Origin: a virus
Reading direction: 5' to 3' (one strand)
IMG/VR virus record: IMGVR_UViG_3300025120_000019
Length of the DNA stretch: 64,000 nucleotides
Part shown: one piece after another, positions 1 through 10,723 of the stretch
Layout of the letters: every line of letters starts with the position of its first letter
How positions within the stretch are numbered: the first letter of the stretch is position 1
Notes under the pieces: generated by a model
The model's input: only the letters and a program-made list of their open reading frames with translations
What the model was told of the DNA's origin: nothing
The model's database searches: none
Translations under genes and position numbers: made by a program

Positions 1-3000
1 GTATATTGTATCATTAAACACAGTTGAATTATCAAGAATTACTGCATGATCTTTTTGCACTAATCCTAATTTTGCAAAATACAGACCCTGATCATCTTTT
101 GGAAATAATTCTACACTATTAGAAACGTCTCTGTTTATATTTAAAGACACATCTTTAATTGCAGTGCCTGCTACGTTTAATGTTTTATAACCAAATATAT
201 TTTCTTTTACACTATCAATAACAAAATATTCTTTACCAAATTTTAATCTATTAGCTCCAGGACTTAAAGTAATAACAGACCCTACCGCCCAATTTTGTGT
301 AGTGTAAAACAAGAATTCTTTGATACCAAGATTAAAGTTTTCTACAGCTTCAGTATCTCGATTAAAATAATCAAACTCAAATCCTAAACTATTAAGTTTC
401 TTTTCATATCCTTGTAAAAAGTCTACTAAGATTTGTGTAGTTTTTATAATTGTTCCGTATTCTAGTCTTGATACAGTTTCATTAAAGTTTTTTCGTATAG
501 AGGCAGTTGCGCCTCCTATTATCGGAAGATCGGTTAGTCTACTATAAAATTTTTCTTCAAAATCATCGCCAGCTGTATGGTTTTGATTTACTCTGAAAAA
601 ATTATTTTGAAATTTTACAATTTTACCAGATACATATTGTTTACCTTCTGTCCAAAATAAGAAGTTTTCACTCAACCCTCCAACTGTAATAGCAGGGTCA
701 CTTTGTGCAGAAATAGGAGCATTATATTCAAACACAGGATTTTCTTTATCGTATCCACTTACCTTATAACCTTTTTCAACCCTTTCAATTATTACGCCAC
801 TATATGAAACTGTTGTTAACGGAGAACTTTGTATTAAATTAATTTTATAATTTTCAAAAGGTACAAATACATTTCCTTTATTTGTAGGTGTTCTACTATC
901 TAAGACTAATTTAAGTTTACTCTTATCTGCAAAACCTCCTAACTTGAAAGCAACCTTTTGTTTAAGGCCAGATAGTTTTTCAACAAAATTATTATATTGT
1001 GTTTTCACATCAGTAGACATATAGCTGTGAATATAATTTACAAATCCACAAGTAAGTATTTTATTACCAGTAGAATCTACAGTATCTGTAAATTTTAAAT
1101 TAGATAATTTTATTCTTTGTGAATTATCTCCTACATATACTAATTGTCCTGTAATATCTCTTTTAATTCTACTTCTATCAAACCCTACGCCAACAACTTG
1201 TGCAGGCTTATTAATCATAATAGCTTTTAAAATAGCAAACGGGTATTCACTACTACGTCTCCATGCAGTTTCTGTTGGTGTATGATCACCAAATCCAAAA
1301 TTTTCTCCTGACTGCACTCTAAAACTAAAATCATTTATATATCCACTATCTAGAGGACTACTTACCTTTCCGGCATGATCTACAGGTATATGTTTTGTTA
1401 AATTAGGACGTATAAATCTTTTATCTGTGATAACCTTTGTATTTGACGAACGTATAATACCTTTTTCAATATCTTCCCACATTACTAAATTATCTTTTGT
1501 GTAAGGTGCAGGACCATAATTTGTTTCCCACCAAGAAGGTTTAATTGATAAGCCAAGCATTTCCCAAGGATGTGTGTTTGGTCGGTCGGTGTCATACGCA
1601 TCTGTGTATATGCCTCGCCAAAAACCACTAAGCGAACGTTCTGTATCACTAGATGCAAATTTATAATTATAAGTAAATGGTTTAGTCTCAGTTACAAAAC
1701 TATTACTAGTATAATCTACATTTCCTGCTTTCCTTGTCCAACTTAAAAAATCCGAAATAGTAATATCATTTATATCTTGCCTACTAATTTTTGTATTTCT
1801 GAATTCACCACCGATATAATCAAAAATGTTGAAAATTTCTGGATCATAATTAACTTTTATATTATTGAAAAACCTTTTTTCTAATTCTAAAAGCAATTGA
1901 TCTCTATAATCATCATATCCAACTATTATACTTCCGTCATGTCCTCTAACCACAGTTTGTGAAGTTTCGTAAGTAGTATCAACAAATATTTCTGGCTGAT
2001 ATGCTGGAAACATTCCTAACACTGTAGGTGTTTGTGGAATATAACTGCCGTTTGTTGTTTCATATTCATAAATGTCAACTTTATCATCTACATTCAATGT
2101 AAAAGATGTTAAGAACTGCACAAATCCTTCACTTGTAAATTGATAATCTATACTGTTATATACTTGTACATCATTTACATATACATAAACAGCTTTTTCA
2201 CTAAGATTTGTTAATGTAAAAGGCATTGTTAATGCATAATATTTTAAATCTGAATCTAGTACAGTATGCTCAATTTTTTTAAAGGCACCAATACCTATCA
2301 TATCTGAATTAAAAAAAGGCATAGTAGACTTTTTATCTTTAGCAAGATGTAAAAGTATTTGGTCAACTTGTTCACGAACACTACCAGAAAGTTCTAATGT
2401 TTCGCTTGCTTGTATAAAAGCTCTTTTATATTTGCTATACTCATCTTTGGCAAAATTTATAGCAGATACTAGGTTATTTTCTTTGTTAGATATAGCAAAT
2501 AATGGAAGATTTATAGGTCCACTATGTTGTAAAAATTTCCTACCATATTTTTTAATATCGCCTAAGTCACGTATATTATTAGCACCTGGCTGATTACCAG
2601 CAAATCCCTGTAATTCAGGAACAATACTATCTAAATGATCATTTACTTCGCCAAGTGTAAATTCTTTTATATCTTCGTTTAATGGATTTCTTTCAAAATT
2701 ATGCGGAAACTCATAATGTCCATTAATATTTTTATCTGCTGTATTTGTATGAGTTTTTGTAACAATAATATCACTAGGAAGCAAATTATTATAAAATTTT
2801 ATAACTTTTTCATTATTTCTGTTAACCTCAAATGTATAATCTACATTTTCTAACTTTAGCGTATTGTTTACATATACTACAGTTTTTAAGTCAGTAATTA
2901 AACCACTTTTACTATAAACATCAATGATAAAATTATTTGTTTGGGTATCTCCTGTATATTTTCTTATGACATATTGTTTACTTAAATCCGGTGATTTGAC

Positions 3001-5049
3001 CCAACCGTTAGTATAATCAAATAATGTTCCTTCTGCATTATATTTTTTCAAATATCCAGTATTAGTTGTTTTATCAATAACTGCATTGCTTATTTCATAA
3101 CTAAATTTTTCTGTTAATAATCCAAAACTAAAAACAATATCACCTGTATTGTTAATATTCTTATAACTTAAAGGAAATCCAAGTTCAGGGTCGGATGCTC
3201 CTTCACCTACTTTATAATTAAATATTCTGTTACCAGCAAAGTCACTATTAGGATACACAACTTCATCTGAAAAACTTATTCCGTTTTCGTCAAACATATC
3301 AAATAATGGCGCTTGATTCACTCCAGTTTTATCTTGTCCTTTTGTCCACACTGAACCATTATACCAATACGTACATCCTGCATTTTTTGTACCTTGTGTA
3401 ACTAATATTACTTCATTATCCAAAGGCATTGTATCTGTTGTTTCAACTAATGTAATTTGACTATTGCCATTGTATATAATAAATTTTACTTGAAATACTT
3501 TACCATATACCATAGTATCAGTATCATTTAAGAATACTACTCTCATACCATCTGCAAGTTCAACACTATCAATACTGTATCCAGGTTGTCCTTCTATTTT
3601 TGATCTTACATCATTTGTATATTCGTCAATTAAATCAATATTATCTTTTGCCTTAGTTCCATTATTAAATAACTTTAAACCTCTATCAAATTCAATAATC
3701 GGACGCTTACCTCTAGATGATTCATTTAGATCAAAAGATTGATTGTTTAATTCAGCACTTTTAGTAATTACATCTTTGTGAAACCACCTGTTGTATCTTG
3801 CCCATGGATTTCTATCTCCGCTTGATTTATTGGCAACAATATAGTCTTTTGTTCCTGCATAACTTTTTGCATCACTAAAAGGAACTCTATCAAATCCATT
3901 TACATCAAACGGTACTTTAACATCTGAAGTAAAAGTTGAAGGAACTTGTAGGTCGTTTGCACTAACAAGTTTAATTTCATCTCCAACTCCTTCTACATAC
4001 CAAGAACCAACTGCATATTTTGCAGGAATAACGCTCCCTGAAAAATATATTTTCATTCCGTTTGAAAGATCCCAACCATCACTTGTTTTGTATGTTTTTT
4101 TGCCTAAAATTTCATTATCAATATCTATACTTGTATTTTCTTCTATATCATAAATTTTTAGTCTAGAACTAATATTTAAATCATATTGACTTATAAAATA
4201 TAAAGTATTAGGAGCATTTGCAGGAATAGTAAATTCTAGTATTCCTGATTCTATATAACCAGTGTTTACAAAACTGGATTGATTTAATAATGTATCATCT
4301 GAATTAGGTGTAAGTGTTACTCCTTCAGTATACAGTTGATTGATTACTGTACTATCATCTAATCTTTCGTTAGGATCTGCTCCTCTATATAAAGCAACCG
4401 ATAACGGATTTCCAGGAGAAGTTATGTCAAACCTATAAGTTTGTCCTCTATATAATCTTAAGTCAGGATTTTTTGTTAATCCATTTGGATGGAATAATAA
4501 AGATATAGCATTTGCTTCTTCGATAGTTTCAAGACGGTAAGTGCTTACAACCTGATTAGTTTGTCCTCTTACAGCTACGTCCTGTGGACCATCCGGTAAC
4601 CAGTAGTATTCTCTAAAATTACAAAATTTACATAAGTCTATGCTTGGGTTCCAAGAGTAAAATTCTTGCTCATTTGTTTTACTATGATTTTTTACATTTG
4701 CATTGTATGTTTTTAACAAACCTGTATAGTCATTATAATCAGAATAATATCTTGTGTTACCAATAAAATCTTCATATAAACTTACTGGTTCAAATTGATA
4801 ATCTTGACGCTCTTTAGAAACGTCTTCTAGGTAATTGTCATCTAACGTGACAGCTTTTGCTTCACGCTTTCCAACATATCCATTTACTTTTTCAATTACA
4901 CCTGGATTGGTAAACTGGTCCAAAGTACTTGATAAAAATTTCTTATTTTGTGGGGTCCTAAAATATCTAGGAAGTTGATCAACACTAGTTCTTCTTGTTT
5001 TTCCACCAGCTGGTAATGGTGCTTCGCTTTGATTATCATCGTATGACAT
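1..5049 (-). CDS. Very large baseplate/virion structural protein (gp7-like wedge position), 3' end outside window, >=1683 aa
   Basis: Absent from the ORF track, presumably because its stop lies outside the window; I translated only the N-terminal part by hand. ATG at 5049-5047 overlaps the gp6 stop (TAATG). Reads MSYDDNQSEAPLPAGGKTRRTSVDQLPRYFRTPQNKKFLSSTLDQF...FVNFREYYWLPDGP; directly follows gp6. Confidence 0.75.
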   Translation of the reverse strand, partial: MSYDDNQSEAPLPAGGKTRRTSVDQLPRYFRTPQNKKFLSSTLDQFTNPGVIEKVNGYVGKREAKAVTLDDNYLEDVSKERQDYQFEPVSLYEDFIGNTRYYSDYNDYTGLLKTYNANVKNHSKTNEQEFYSWNPSIDLCKFCNFREYYWLPDGPQDVAVRGQTNQVVSTYRLETIEEANAISLLFHPNGLTKNPDLRLYRGQTYRFDITSPGNPLSVALYRGADPNERLDDSTVINQLYTEGVTLTPNSDDTLLNQSSFVNTGYIESGILEFTIPANAPNTLYFISQYDLNISSRLKIYDIEENTSIDIDNEILGKKTYKTSDGWDLSNGMKIYFSGSVIPAKYAVGSWYVEGVGDEIKLVSANDLQVPSTFTSDVKVPFDVNGFDRVPFSDAKSYAGTKDYIVANKSSGDRNPWARYNRWFHKDVITKSAELNNQSFDLNESSRGKRPIIEFDRGLKLFNNGTKAKDNIDLIDEYTNDVRSKIEGQPGYSIDSVELADGMRVVFLNDTDTMVYGKVFQVKFIIYNGNSQITLVETTDTMPLDNEVILVTQGTKNAGCTYWYNGSVWTKGQDKTGVNQAPLFDMFDENGISFSDEVVYPNSDFAGNRIFNYKVGEGASDPELGFPLSYKNINNTGDIVFSFGLLTEKFSYEISNAVIDKTTNTGYLKKYNAEGTLFDYTNGWVKSPDLSKQYVIRKYTGDTQTNNFIIDVYSKSGLITDLKTVVYVNNTLKLENVDYTFEVNRNNEKVIKFYNNLLPSDIIVTKTHTNTADKNINGHYEFPHNFERNPLNEDIKEFTLGEVNDHLDSIVPELQGFAGNQPGANNIRDLGDIKKYGRKFLQHSGPINLPLFAISNKENNLVSAINFAKDEYSKYKRAFIQASETLELSGSVREQVDQILLHLAKDKKSTMPFFNSDMIGIGAFKKIEHTVLDSDLKYYALTMPFTLTNLSEKAVYVYVNDVQVYNSIDYQFTSEGFVQFLTSFTLNVDDKVDIYEYETTNGSYIPQTPTVLGMFPAYQPEIFVDTTYETSQTVVRGHDGSIIVGYDDYRDQLLLELEKRFFNNIKVNYDPEIFNIFDYIGGEFRNTKISRQDINDITISDFLSWTRKAGNVDYTSNSFVTETKPFTYNYKFASSDTERSLSGFWRGIYTDAYDTDRPNTHPWEMLGLSIKPSWWETNYGPAPYTKDNLVMWEDIEKGIIRSSNTKVITDKRFIRPNLTKHIPVDHAGKVSSPLDSGYINDFSFRVQSGENFGFGDHTPTETAWRRSSEYPFAILKAIMINKPAQVVGVGFDRSRIKRDITGQLVYVGDNSQRIKLSNLKFTDTVDSTGNKILTCGFVNYIHSYMSTDVKTQYNNFVEKLSGLKQKVAFKLGGFADKSKLKLVLDSRTPTNKGNVFVPFENYKINLIQSSPLTTVSYSGVIIERVEKGYKVSGYDKENPVFEYNAPISAQSDPAITVGGLSENFLFWTEGKQYVSGKIVKFQNNFFRVNQNHTAGDDFEEKFYSRLTDLPIIGGATASIRKNFNETVSRLEYGTIIKTTQILVDFLQGYEKKLNSLGFEFDYFNRDTEAVENFNLGIKEFLFYTTQNWAVGSVITLSPGANRLKFGKEYFVIDSVKENIFGYKTLNVAGTAIKDVSLNINRDVSNSVELFPKDDQGLYFAKLGLVQKDHAVILDNSTVFNDTIY

Positions 5050-8000
5050 TAGTAACCATAGCCTCCGCCGCTTGATCCACTTGATCCACTTGATCCACTT
5101 GATCCGCTTGATCCTGAACTACTGCTCGAACTACTACTTGAAGAACTTGATGTTCCTGTTGTATAAGCAGTTGAGGCAGTTGAAGAACTTTGTATTCCTA
5201 CATTTAATATATCATCACTTGTTACCACACGTCCGGAAGCTTTTAATCTTGATTCTGTAAGTGAATCAATAATTTGCACATCGTCTACTGAAGCACTACT
5301 AATTAAGACTTCGTCATTTTCGCTTTTTATTTCATACAAACTACCAAAGCTTTGTGTTTCTTGTTTTGGTACTAGCACAATACTAACTAAATCTGGTGAT
5401 AGCCTGTTAATAATATAAGTAGATAATTCACTGAAGTAAAAAGTTTCTCCAAAGTCCCAATTTTCAAGTGCAAAGTATTCGTTCACAGCATCAATGACTC
5501 GACTTTTAATATCATTATCATTTACTACTCTTTCTGCATTTTTTACAACTTTAATTGTAGCTTGTAAATCTACATCGCTTTTACTACCAAAAATTGGTTT
5601 GTATCTTACAGGATGATATATCACATCATCACTTATACTTTTTATAGCAGAAACATTTGTATTATAATCTAAAAATAGCCGATCGCTACTTGGAGGAAGA
5701 GGCAAGGTTGATATATTTCCTTTTAAATAATCTCTATATGAATTATCATAAGATTTTGTCAAAAGGTATACATCTATAATATTACTACTACTTGGGTCAA
5801 TCCTAGCTTGTTCATCAGCGGCATGACTATATTCAAACTTAATATTTTTTCTACCTGTATATGCAAGATAATCTGATGTAAATTGTAGAGCATTTGCTGT
5901 TTTATTATAACGCAAAAATACGTTACGGTCAATTAAGTAGAATACATCCTTATCATTATATTGACTTAATGCTCCTACTGCGCCTTGACTTGATTTTGTG
6001 TAAATTGGTTCTAATCCAGCATCTACATAATTAAAAGTTTCTGTTTTATTAATTGTAGACTTCTTTTGAAAAATATATTTTGTAGATGAATTTGTTTTTG
6101 GTGCAACAATATGTTCAAATAAATCAGGATCATCTACAACACCGTCGTTGTCAGCATCGTTAAAAGAAACTTCAATCTTTTTGCTGTTAATATAACCCGA
6201 ATCATTTTTAAATTCGCTTGTAATTTTCCATGGCCAATCAACTGTAAAAGGTGTAAGCTCATCTGGTTTAAGATTAATGCTTAAAACTTTTATAATATCT
6301 TCTACAACTTTTCCAGTTTTTGTGTTATAAATTTTGTTAGTGCTATCAAAGAAAAACCTTAATTGATCAGTACTCTCAAAGATATACCTTAACCCTCTAG
6401 CAGTAATTGTATATTTTTGGCCATCAGTTTCAAAAAGCAATAGCCAGCTTGCATCACTTTGTGTATTTGTGGAATCGCCTGTCTTTCCAAGACTAAAAGA
6501 ATTTATTGTATCAAGATTGTTAGATAACACTACTCTCCATTGGCTATTTTCAAAATCATATCTCAAACCAAATGTTTTAAAAGCAAATGCTTGATCTATA
6601 ATTTGTGTTTTTACTGCATCTAAAATACTTTTATCTAGTACAGGTATAATTTCAGATAGTACTGCTGTAGTTGGAATATTATCATTTAAAATTATTGGTC
6701 CTAATCCAGTATCAGCATCAACTACTGTGCCGTTTTCTACTACCGAAACTACTTTTACCCATTTGTATGTTACTGAAAAAGGATGGTCTGCATCTCCGGC
6801 CATTAGCCCATGAGCTTCATTTGACATAAAATGTTGTCCAGTCGGTGCTTCAAATTTTAACAATGCACCCGGCGTAACAAATCTCATTATACTTTTTGTA
6901 AAACTAGATACTGCAACTTTAGTGCCTGATAATTCTGTGAAGTAACCTGTAGCTCTATTTGTATCTAAAGATTCTGTATTCCATGCAATGTTTAATGCTT
7001 TTACAGTAGTATTTCTTGGAAAGTTTGTATAATAATAATTTAAAAGTTTTGTATCTTTAATAGTAGGAATGATTGTATTGTTTATTGCACTTTCTATGTC
7101 GTTTCTAGTTACAAAATCAAAACTATATTTGCTATCAATGTCTTCTTGATATAATATTCCATCATCGCTGTACAATAGTGTATTACTATATTTTCCACTA
7201 GCATCTCGTAAATCAAAATATCTACTAATGCCACTGCTGGTTCTATTCACTGCTTTGGTTTTAACTATGTTTTGATTTATACCAAGAGTACCAACATTAT
7301 AGTCTTCTCCTGTAATTAATCTATTTTGTGTGTAATATGTAGATGGTGCATTAGTTTTAATTGACGCATTACTTTCACTCTCTGCACTATTTTCTACAAC
7401 TGATTTAAGCTCCATTACAAGTGTTAATGTTTCATTTTTTCCTGCGGCACTTGTATATGGAATACTTATTGTTATACCTGTTAAATCTGTTGGTACTACT
7501 TTAAAATTTCTATTGTTACTTGTTCTATAATATGCTTTAAAATTACCTTTTGGTAATGTGCCAAATGTGCCGTCTGAAAAAATTAAACTTACTCTATCTT
7601 GTATGCGACTAAGGACACCGTATATGTTTCTAATTTTTTTGCTTACACTATTATAGATTATATTATTACCTTCAATATTATCTACCTTAGTCCATAGTTC
7701 AGTTTCTTGATTATTACTATCTAATTTGTAAAGCCAAACATCATCATTGTTAACATTATCTGTATCAATATTAACAGTAGTGTTAGGTGTTGGATTGTTA
7801 ATTTGAAAAGTATTATTTTCTAATTTGCCTTGCCGAAAATGCATAAAGAATCCGCTATTGTTTGATCCAGATCCTTGTCCGTCGTCTCTATATAAAAATG
7901 CAAGTCTGTTTCCGGGTAATGGTTCTTCTTCGTATATAGACTTGCTATCTATAGTTGTACTGACTATTTCAAAATTAGTTGTAAGATTATCAATAGTTTT

Positions 8001-8609
8001 AGTAAAGCTATAAATTGGCAAAGTACTCGAAGATACAGAGTTTAATCTATATTGTTCTGTAATAACACTATCTATTGTTTCGTTTTTAATACTTTTGCCA
8101 AATTTGTTATCTGCTGGCAGGGCAGAGTTAATAATTTTTATGAACTGTTCATACCAATCAGCATTTGTACCGTCATTCCAAATAACTGTTTGTCCATTTA
8201 AGTTTGTTCCATTACTATCAAAGATATCTTCTGAAGTGGATATACTTTCTATTTTTAAAAGTCCGTTTGCAGGTTGATTTCTTTTGGAATTGTAACTTAC
8301 TAATCTAGCCAAACGGAGTACACTTTCTCTACGTTCTGCTGTTTCTAAATAATTCTCTCTAGCATTTAAGTCTGATCTGAATGCAAGGTTTTGTCCTAAA
8401 AAAGCAATAAGATCTATTAATGCTATATATTCACTACTCTCAATGTAGTCATTAAAATCTTCTGGATAATTTTGTCGAATATAGTTTATCATAGTGCGTC
8501 TTAGATTATCAAAGTCGTAACTTTGGAAATCCGCATACTTAAAACTTTGATAAACTTTTTTCCAATCTTCTGCCAAAAGAAGTCTGTTTTGACGCTCTGT
8601 ACTAGCCAT
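5049..8609 (-). CDS. gp6: Baseplate wedge subunit, T4 gp6-like
   Basis: N-terminal DFDNLRRTMINYIRQNYPEDFNDY...LIDLIAFLGQNLAFRSDLNARENYLETAERRESVLRLARLVSY and later ESNASIKTNAP...QNRLITGEDY are typical gp6/baseplate-J motifs; adjacent to gp25. Confidence 0.9.
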   Translation of the reverse strand: MASTERQNRLLLAEDWKKVYQSFKYADFQSYDFDNLRRTMINYIRQNYPEDFNDYIESSEYIALIDLIAFLGQNLAFRSDLNARENYLETAERRESVLRLARLVSYNSKRNQPANGLLKIESISTSEDIFDSNGTNLNGQTVIWNDGTNADWYEQFIKIINSALPADNKFGKSIKNETIDSVITEQYRLNSVSSSTLPIYSFTKTIDNLTTNFEIVSTTIDSKSIYEEEPLPGNRLAFLYRDDGQGSGSNNSGFFMHFRQGKLENNTFQINNPTPNTTVNIDTDNVNNDDVWLYKLDSNNQETELWTKVDNIEGNNIIYNSVSKKIRNIYGVLSRIQDRVSLIFSDGTFGTLPKGNFKAYYRTSNNRNFKVVPTDLTGITISIPYTSAAGKNETLTLVMELKSVVENSAESESNASIKTNAPSTYYTQNRLITGEDYNVGTLGINQNIVKTKAVNRTSSGISRYFDLRDASGKYSNTLLYSDDGILYQEDIDSKYSFDFVTRNDIESAINNTIIPTIKDTKLLNYYYTNFPRNTTVKALNIAWNTESLDTNRATGYFTELSGTKVAVSSFTKSIMRFVTPGALLKFEAPTGQHFMSNEAHGLMAGDADHPFSVTYKWVKVVSVVENGTVVDADTGLGPIILNDNIPTTAVLSEIIPVLDKSILDAVKTQIIDQAFAFKTFGLRYDFENSQWRVVLSNNLDTINSFSLGKTGDSTNTQSDASWLLLFETDGQKYTITARGLRYIFESTDQLRFFFDSTNKIYNTKTGKVVEDIIKVLSINLKPDELTPFTVDWPWKITSEFKNDSGYINSKKIEVSFNDADNDGVVDDPDLFEHIVAPKTNSSTKYIFQKKSTINKTETFNYVDAGLEPIYTKSSQGAVGALSQYNDKDVFYLIDRNVFLRYNKTANALQFTSDYLAYTGRKNIKFEYSHAADEQARIDPSSSNIIDVYLLTKSYDNSYRDYLKGNISTLPLPPSSDRLFLDYNTNVSAIKSISDDVIYHPVRYKPIFGSKSDVDLQATIKVVKNAERVVNDNDIKSRVIDAVNEYFALENWDFGETFYFSELSTYIINRLSPDLVSIVLVPKQETQSFGSLYEIKSENDEVLISSASVDDVQIIDSLTESRLKASGRVVTSDDILNVGIQSSSTASTAYTTGTSSSSSSSSSSSSGSSGSSGSSGSSGSSGGGYGY
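5071..5115 (+). repeat. 9-bp tandem repeat (CTTGATCCN x5) encoding the Ser-Gly-Ser tail of gp6
   Basis: cttgatcca x3, cttgatccg, cttgatcct read directly. Confidence 0.9.
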
Positions 8610-8632
8610 TCTTCGTTCCTCGATTTATATAA

Positions 8633-8657
8633 TATTTAGCTGAAAAATAAAGTACGC
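8633..8657 (-). promoter_or_regulatory. Late promoter (TAAATA core with upstream GCGTAC element) for gp6
   Basis: Minus strand gcgtac-tttatttttcagc-TAAATA, 24 nt before the gp6 ATG. Confidence 0.6.
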
Positions 8658-8660
8658 ATA

Positions 8661-9104
8661 TTAAATAAGGCCTGAATTTTGATCAAACGTTAACCGCATA
8701 CGTTCCGAAATATTGTAAGGCAAATAAGTTAAGTCACATTCAATTTGAATTCCGTTTTCAAATGCTTCAATGGTAACTTTGTTAACACCGACTCTAGGAT
8801 CATAATTAATTATATCTGTTACATTTTTAATAATTGCTTCTTGCAATGAATCCGTAAGTGGTTCAAATAATACGTCCCAGATAATTGTTCCAAAAGTAGG
8901 ATTTTCTAATTTTTCGCCTTGTCTTATATGAAAATAATTTATTATATCTTGTTTTATAAGTTGTAAATCATATTTTGTAAAATTTCCAGTTGTTTGATCA
9001 ACTGTGCTTATACCCCTATATTTTTTTGAAGTTATAGGATTTTCTTGCTTACTTCCAGCACTTACAGATATATTTTTATAAAGTTGTTTTTCATTTGCAG
9101 ACAT
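8661..9104 (-). CDS. gp25: Baseplate wedge / sheath initiator, gp25-like
   Basis: LIKQDIINYFHIRQGEKLENPTFGTIIWDVLFEP...IINYDPRV is the gp25/GPW motif (GE+..P.FG....LFEP, PRV). Confidence 0.9.
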   Translation of the reverse strand: MSANEKQLYKNISVSAGSKQENPITSKKYRGISTVDQTTGNFTKYDLQLIKQDIINYFHIRQGEKLENPTFGTIIWDVLFEPLTDSLQEAIIKNVTDIINYDPRVGVNKVTIEAFENGIQIECDLTYLPYNISERMRLTFDQNSGLI

Positions 9105-9121
9105 ATTGTATTTATTTTTCT

Positions 9122-10714
9122 TTATCGGGGTACAACATAAGTTTTGCCATTTATGTTTTTTATTCTTTCATTTGAAAAAATTGTTCCTGTAAATGCTCTA
9201 ATTACATCATTTGGTATTACATCACCTAACGCACCATTTGAAACAGATCTTACCTCATCTATAAGTTTTGCTGGTGTATTATTTAAAACAAAATTTCCGG
9301 TATTATCTACTGTTAATACTTTTTCAAATTCTTTAGCGGCAAAATCTGATTTTGCGGCTAAATTTCCAAATGTTGAATTACCAGTTTTTTCAAATATTTT
9401 TTGATCCATTGCTCTTGATGATGTTGCTAAAGCACTAAAACCACTTGCTGGATTGTTTACAAAACTTATTGTTCCTGCAATAGCGGCCGCTGTGTTAGGA
9501 TTTATACTAGGTAACCCTGCTTTATCTAATAGCTTTGCACCTACGCCTGCTATACTAGCATCTACTACTGTTTTTAATACAGGATCTAATCCTTTATATG
9601 CTGTTGATATTGTGTTTCCTAGACCTTTTACAGCAGATGAAAAATCTTGCACAATAGGAGCCATACCTGGTATTTCACTAATGACATTTCCTAATCCGGT
9701 GAACAAAGTACCTGCTACATCAGTAAGAGCACCAGCAACTTCACCAACTGCATTTCCTATAGCACCAGATACACTTCCAATAACATTTCCTAGTGTACTA
9801 GTCAAAGCAGTAGAACTTAATAAATTAGACATAACTCCGCCTAATAATCCAGACAAACTTTGTATAGTACCCCCTAAGATCGAACTTAAACTTCCTGGTA
9901 ATGATTGTAAAAATGTATCAGGAGTAAGATTTATTATATTACCTAATATATCTTGTATTGCTGTGCTAAGTCCGCCATTTGCATCACCTATAATATATCC
10001 TTGTTTAGTAGTTGTTCCTGTTGCTGGGCCTGCCTTTGTAATTGTATCTTTATCTAAATTATTTTTTTCTTTATCATCTACAGTGTTAGGTTGTGCAACA
10101 AGGTTTGCTGTGAATCTTTCTTCAGCATAAGGATCTAAAGATATATCATTTGTAGCATTTGGAATCTGGTCTCCGTCTGCTCCTCTTAATATATCTGTCT
10201 GTGTGTTCAAAATTGGAGGAGTGCGTACTATATTATTCAAAGGTTTTATTTCATCTAAGCCTTCTAAAGCTTCTGTTTGAAATGTTCCAGGTAATTGATC
10301 GTTTTGTGCATCTCTAATTGCATCGTCTTTATATCTAATCATTTTTGCCAATGGATAATCTACCCAAGTCTTTGGATCATCTGCAAACTGTTGTAATAAA
10401 ACAATATAAATCCTGCCTCCAGCTGAATTAATGCGTACAACAACTGCATCATTTTCTGGTCTACCTTCAGGATTATCAAAAGGCTTTTTTTTGCTTCTTA
10501 CGAATTCTTTAGCTTGCTGTCTTGTTAAGAATGTCCATATTCCGTTTGCTTTTATTTTATCATCAGGATGTACAAAAGGATATGATGCCCTTTTTGTTTT
10601 TGTAGAAATAGATTCGTCACCAGAAAGATATTGTTCAGCATCTCTTGGATTAAATTTATTAGCACTATTTTTTGTGCCTACTGCTCCGCCACTTATTGGC
10701 CATGTATCTGCCAT
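9122..10714 (-). CDS. Hypothetical 530-aa baseplate-region protein with long Gly/Ala/Ser/Leu amphipathic stretch
   Basis: Long ORF with SD (ggagg) between the gp5-like gene and gp25; no family recognised. Confidence 0.6.
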   Translation of the reverse strand: MADTWPISGGAVGTKNSANKFNPRDAEQYLSGDESISTKTKRASYPFVHPDDKIKANGIWTFLTRQQAKEFVRSKKKPFDNPEGRPENDAVVVRINSAGGRIYIVLLQQFADDPKTWVDYPLAKMIRYKDDAIRDAQNDQLPGTFQTEALEGLDEIKPLNNIVRTPPILNTQTDILRGADGDQIPNATNDISLDPYAEERFTANLVAQPNTVDDKEKNNLDKDTITKAGPATGTTTKQGYIIGDANGGLSTAIQDILGNIINLTPDTFLQSLPGSLSSILGGTIQSLSGLLGGVMSNLLSSTALTSTLGNVIGSVSGAIGNAVGEVAGALTDVAGTLFTGLGNVISEIPGMAPIVQDFSSAVKGLGNTISTAYKGLDPVLKTVVDASIAGVGAKLLDKAGLPSINPNTAAAIAGTISFVNNPASGFSALATSSRAMDQKIFEKTGNSTFGNLAAKSDFAAKEFEKVLTVDNTGNFVLNNTPAKLIDEVRSVSNGALGDVIPNDVIRAFTGTIFSNERIKNINGKTYVVPR

Positions 10715-10723
10715 TTTGCCCTC

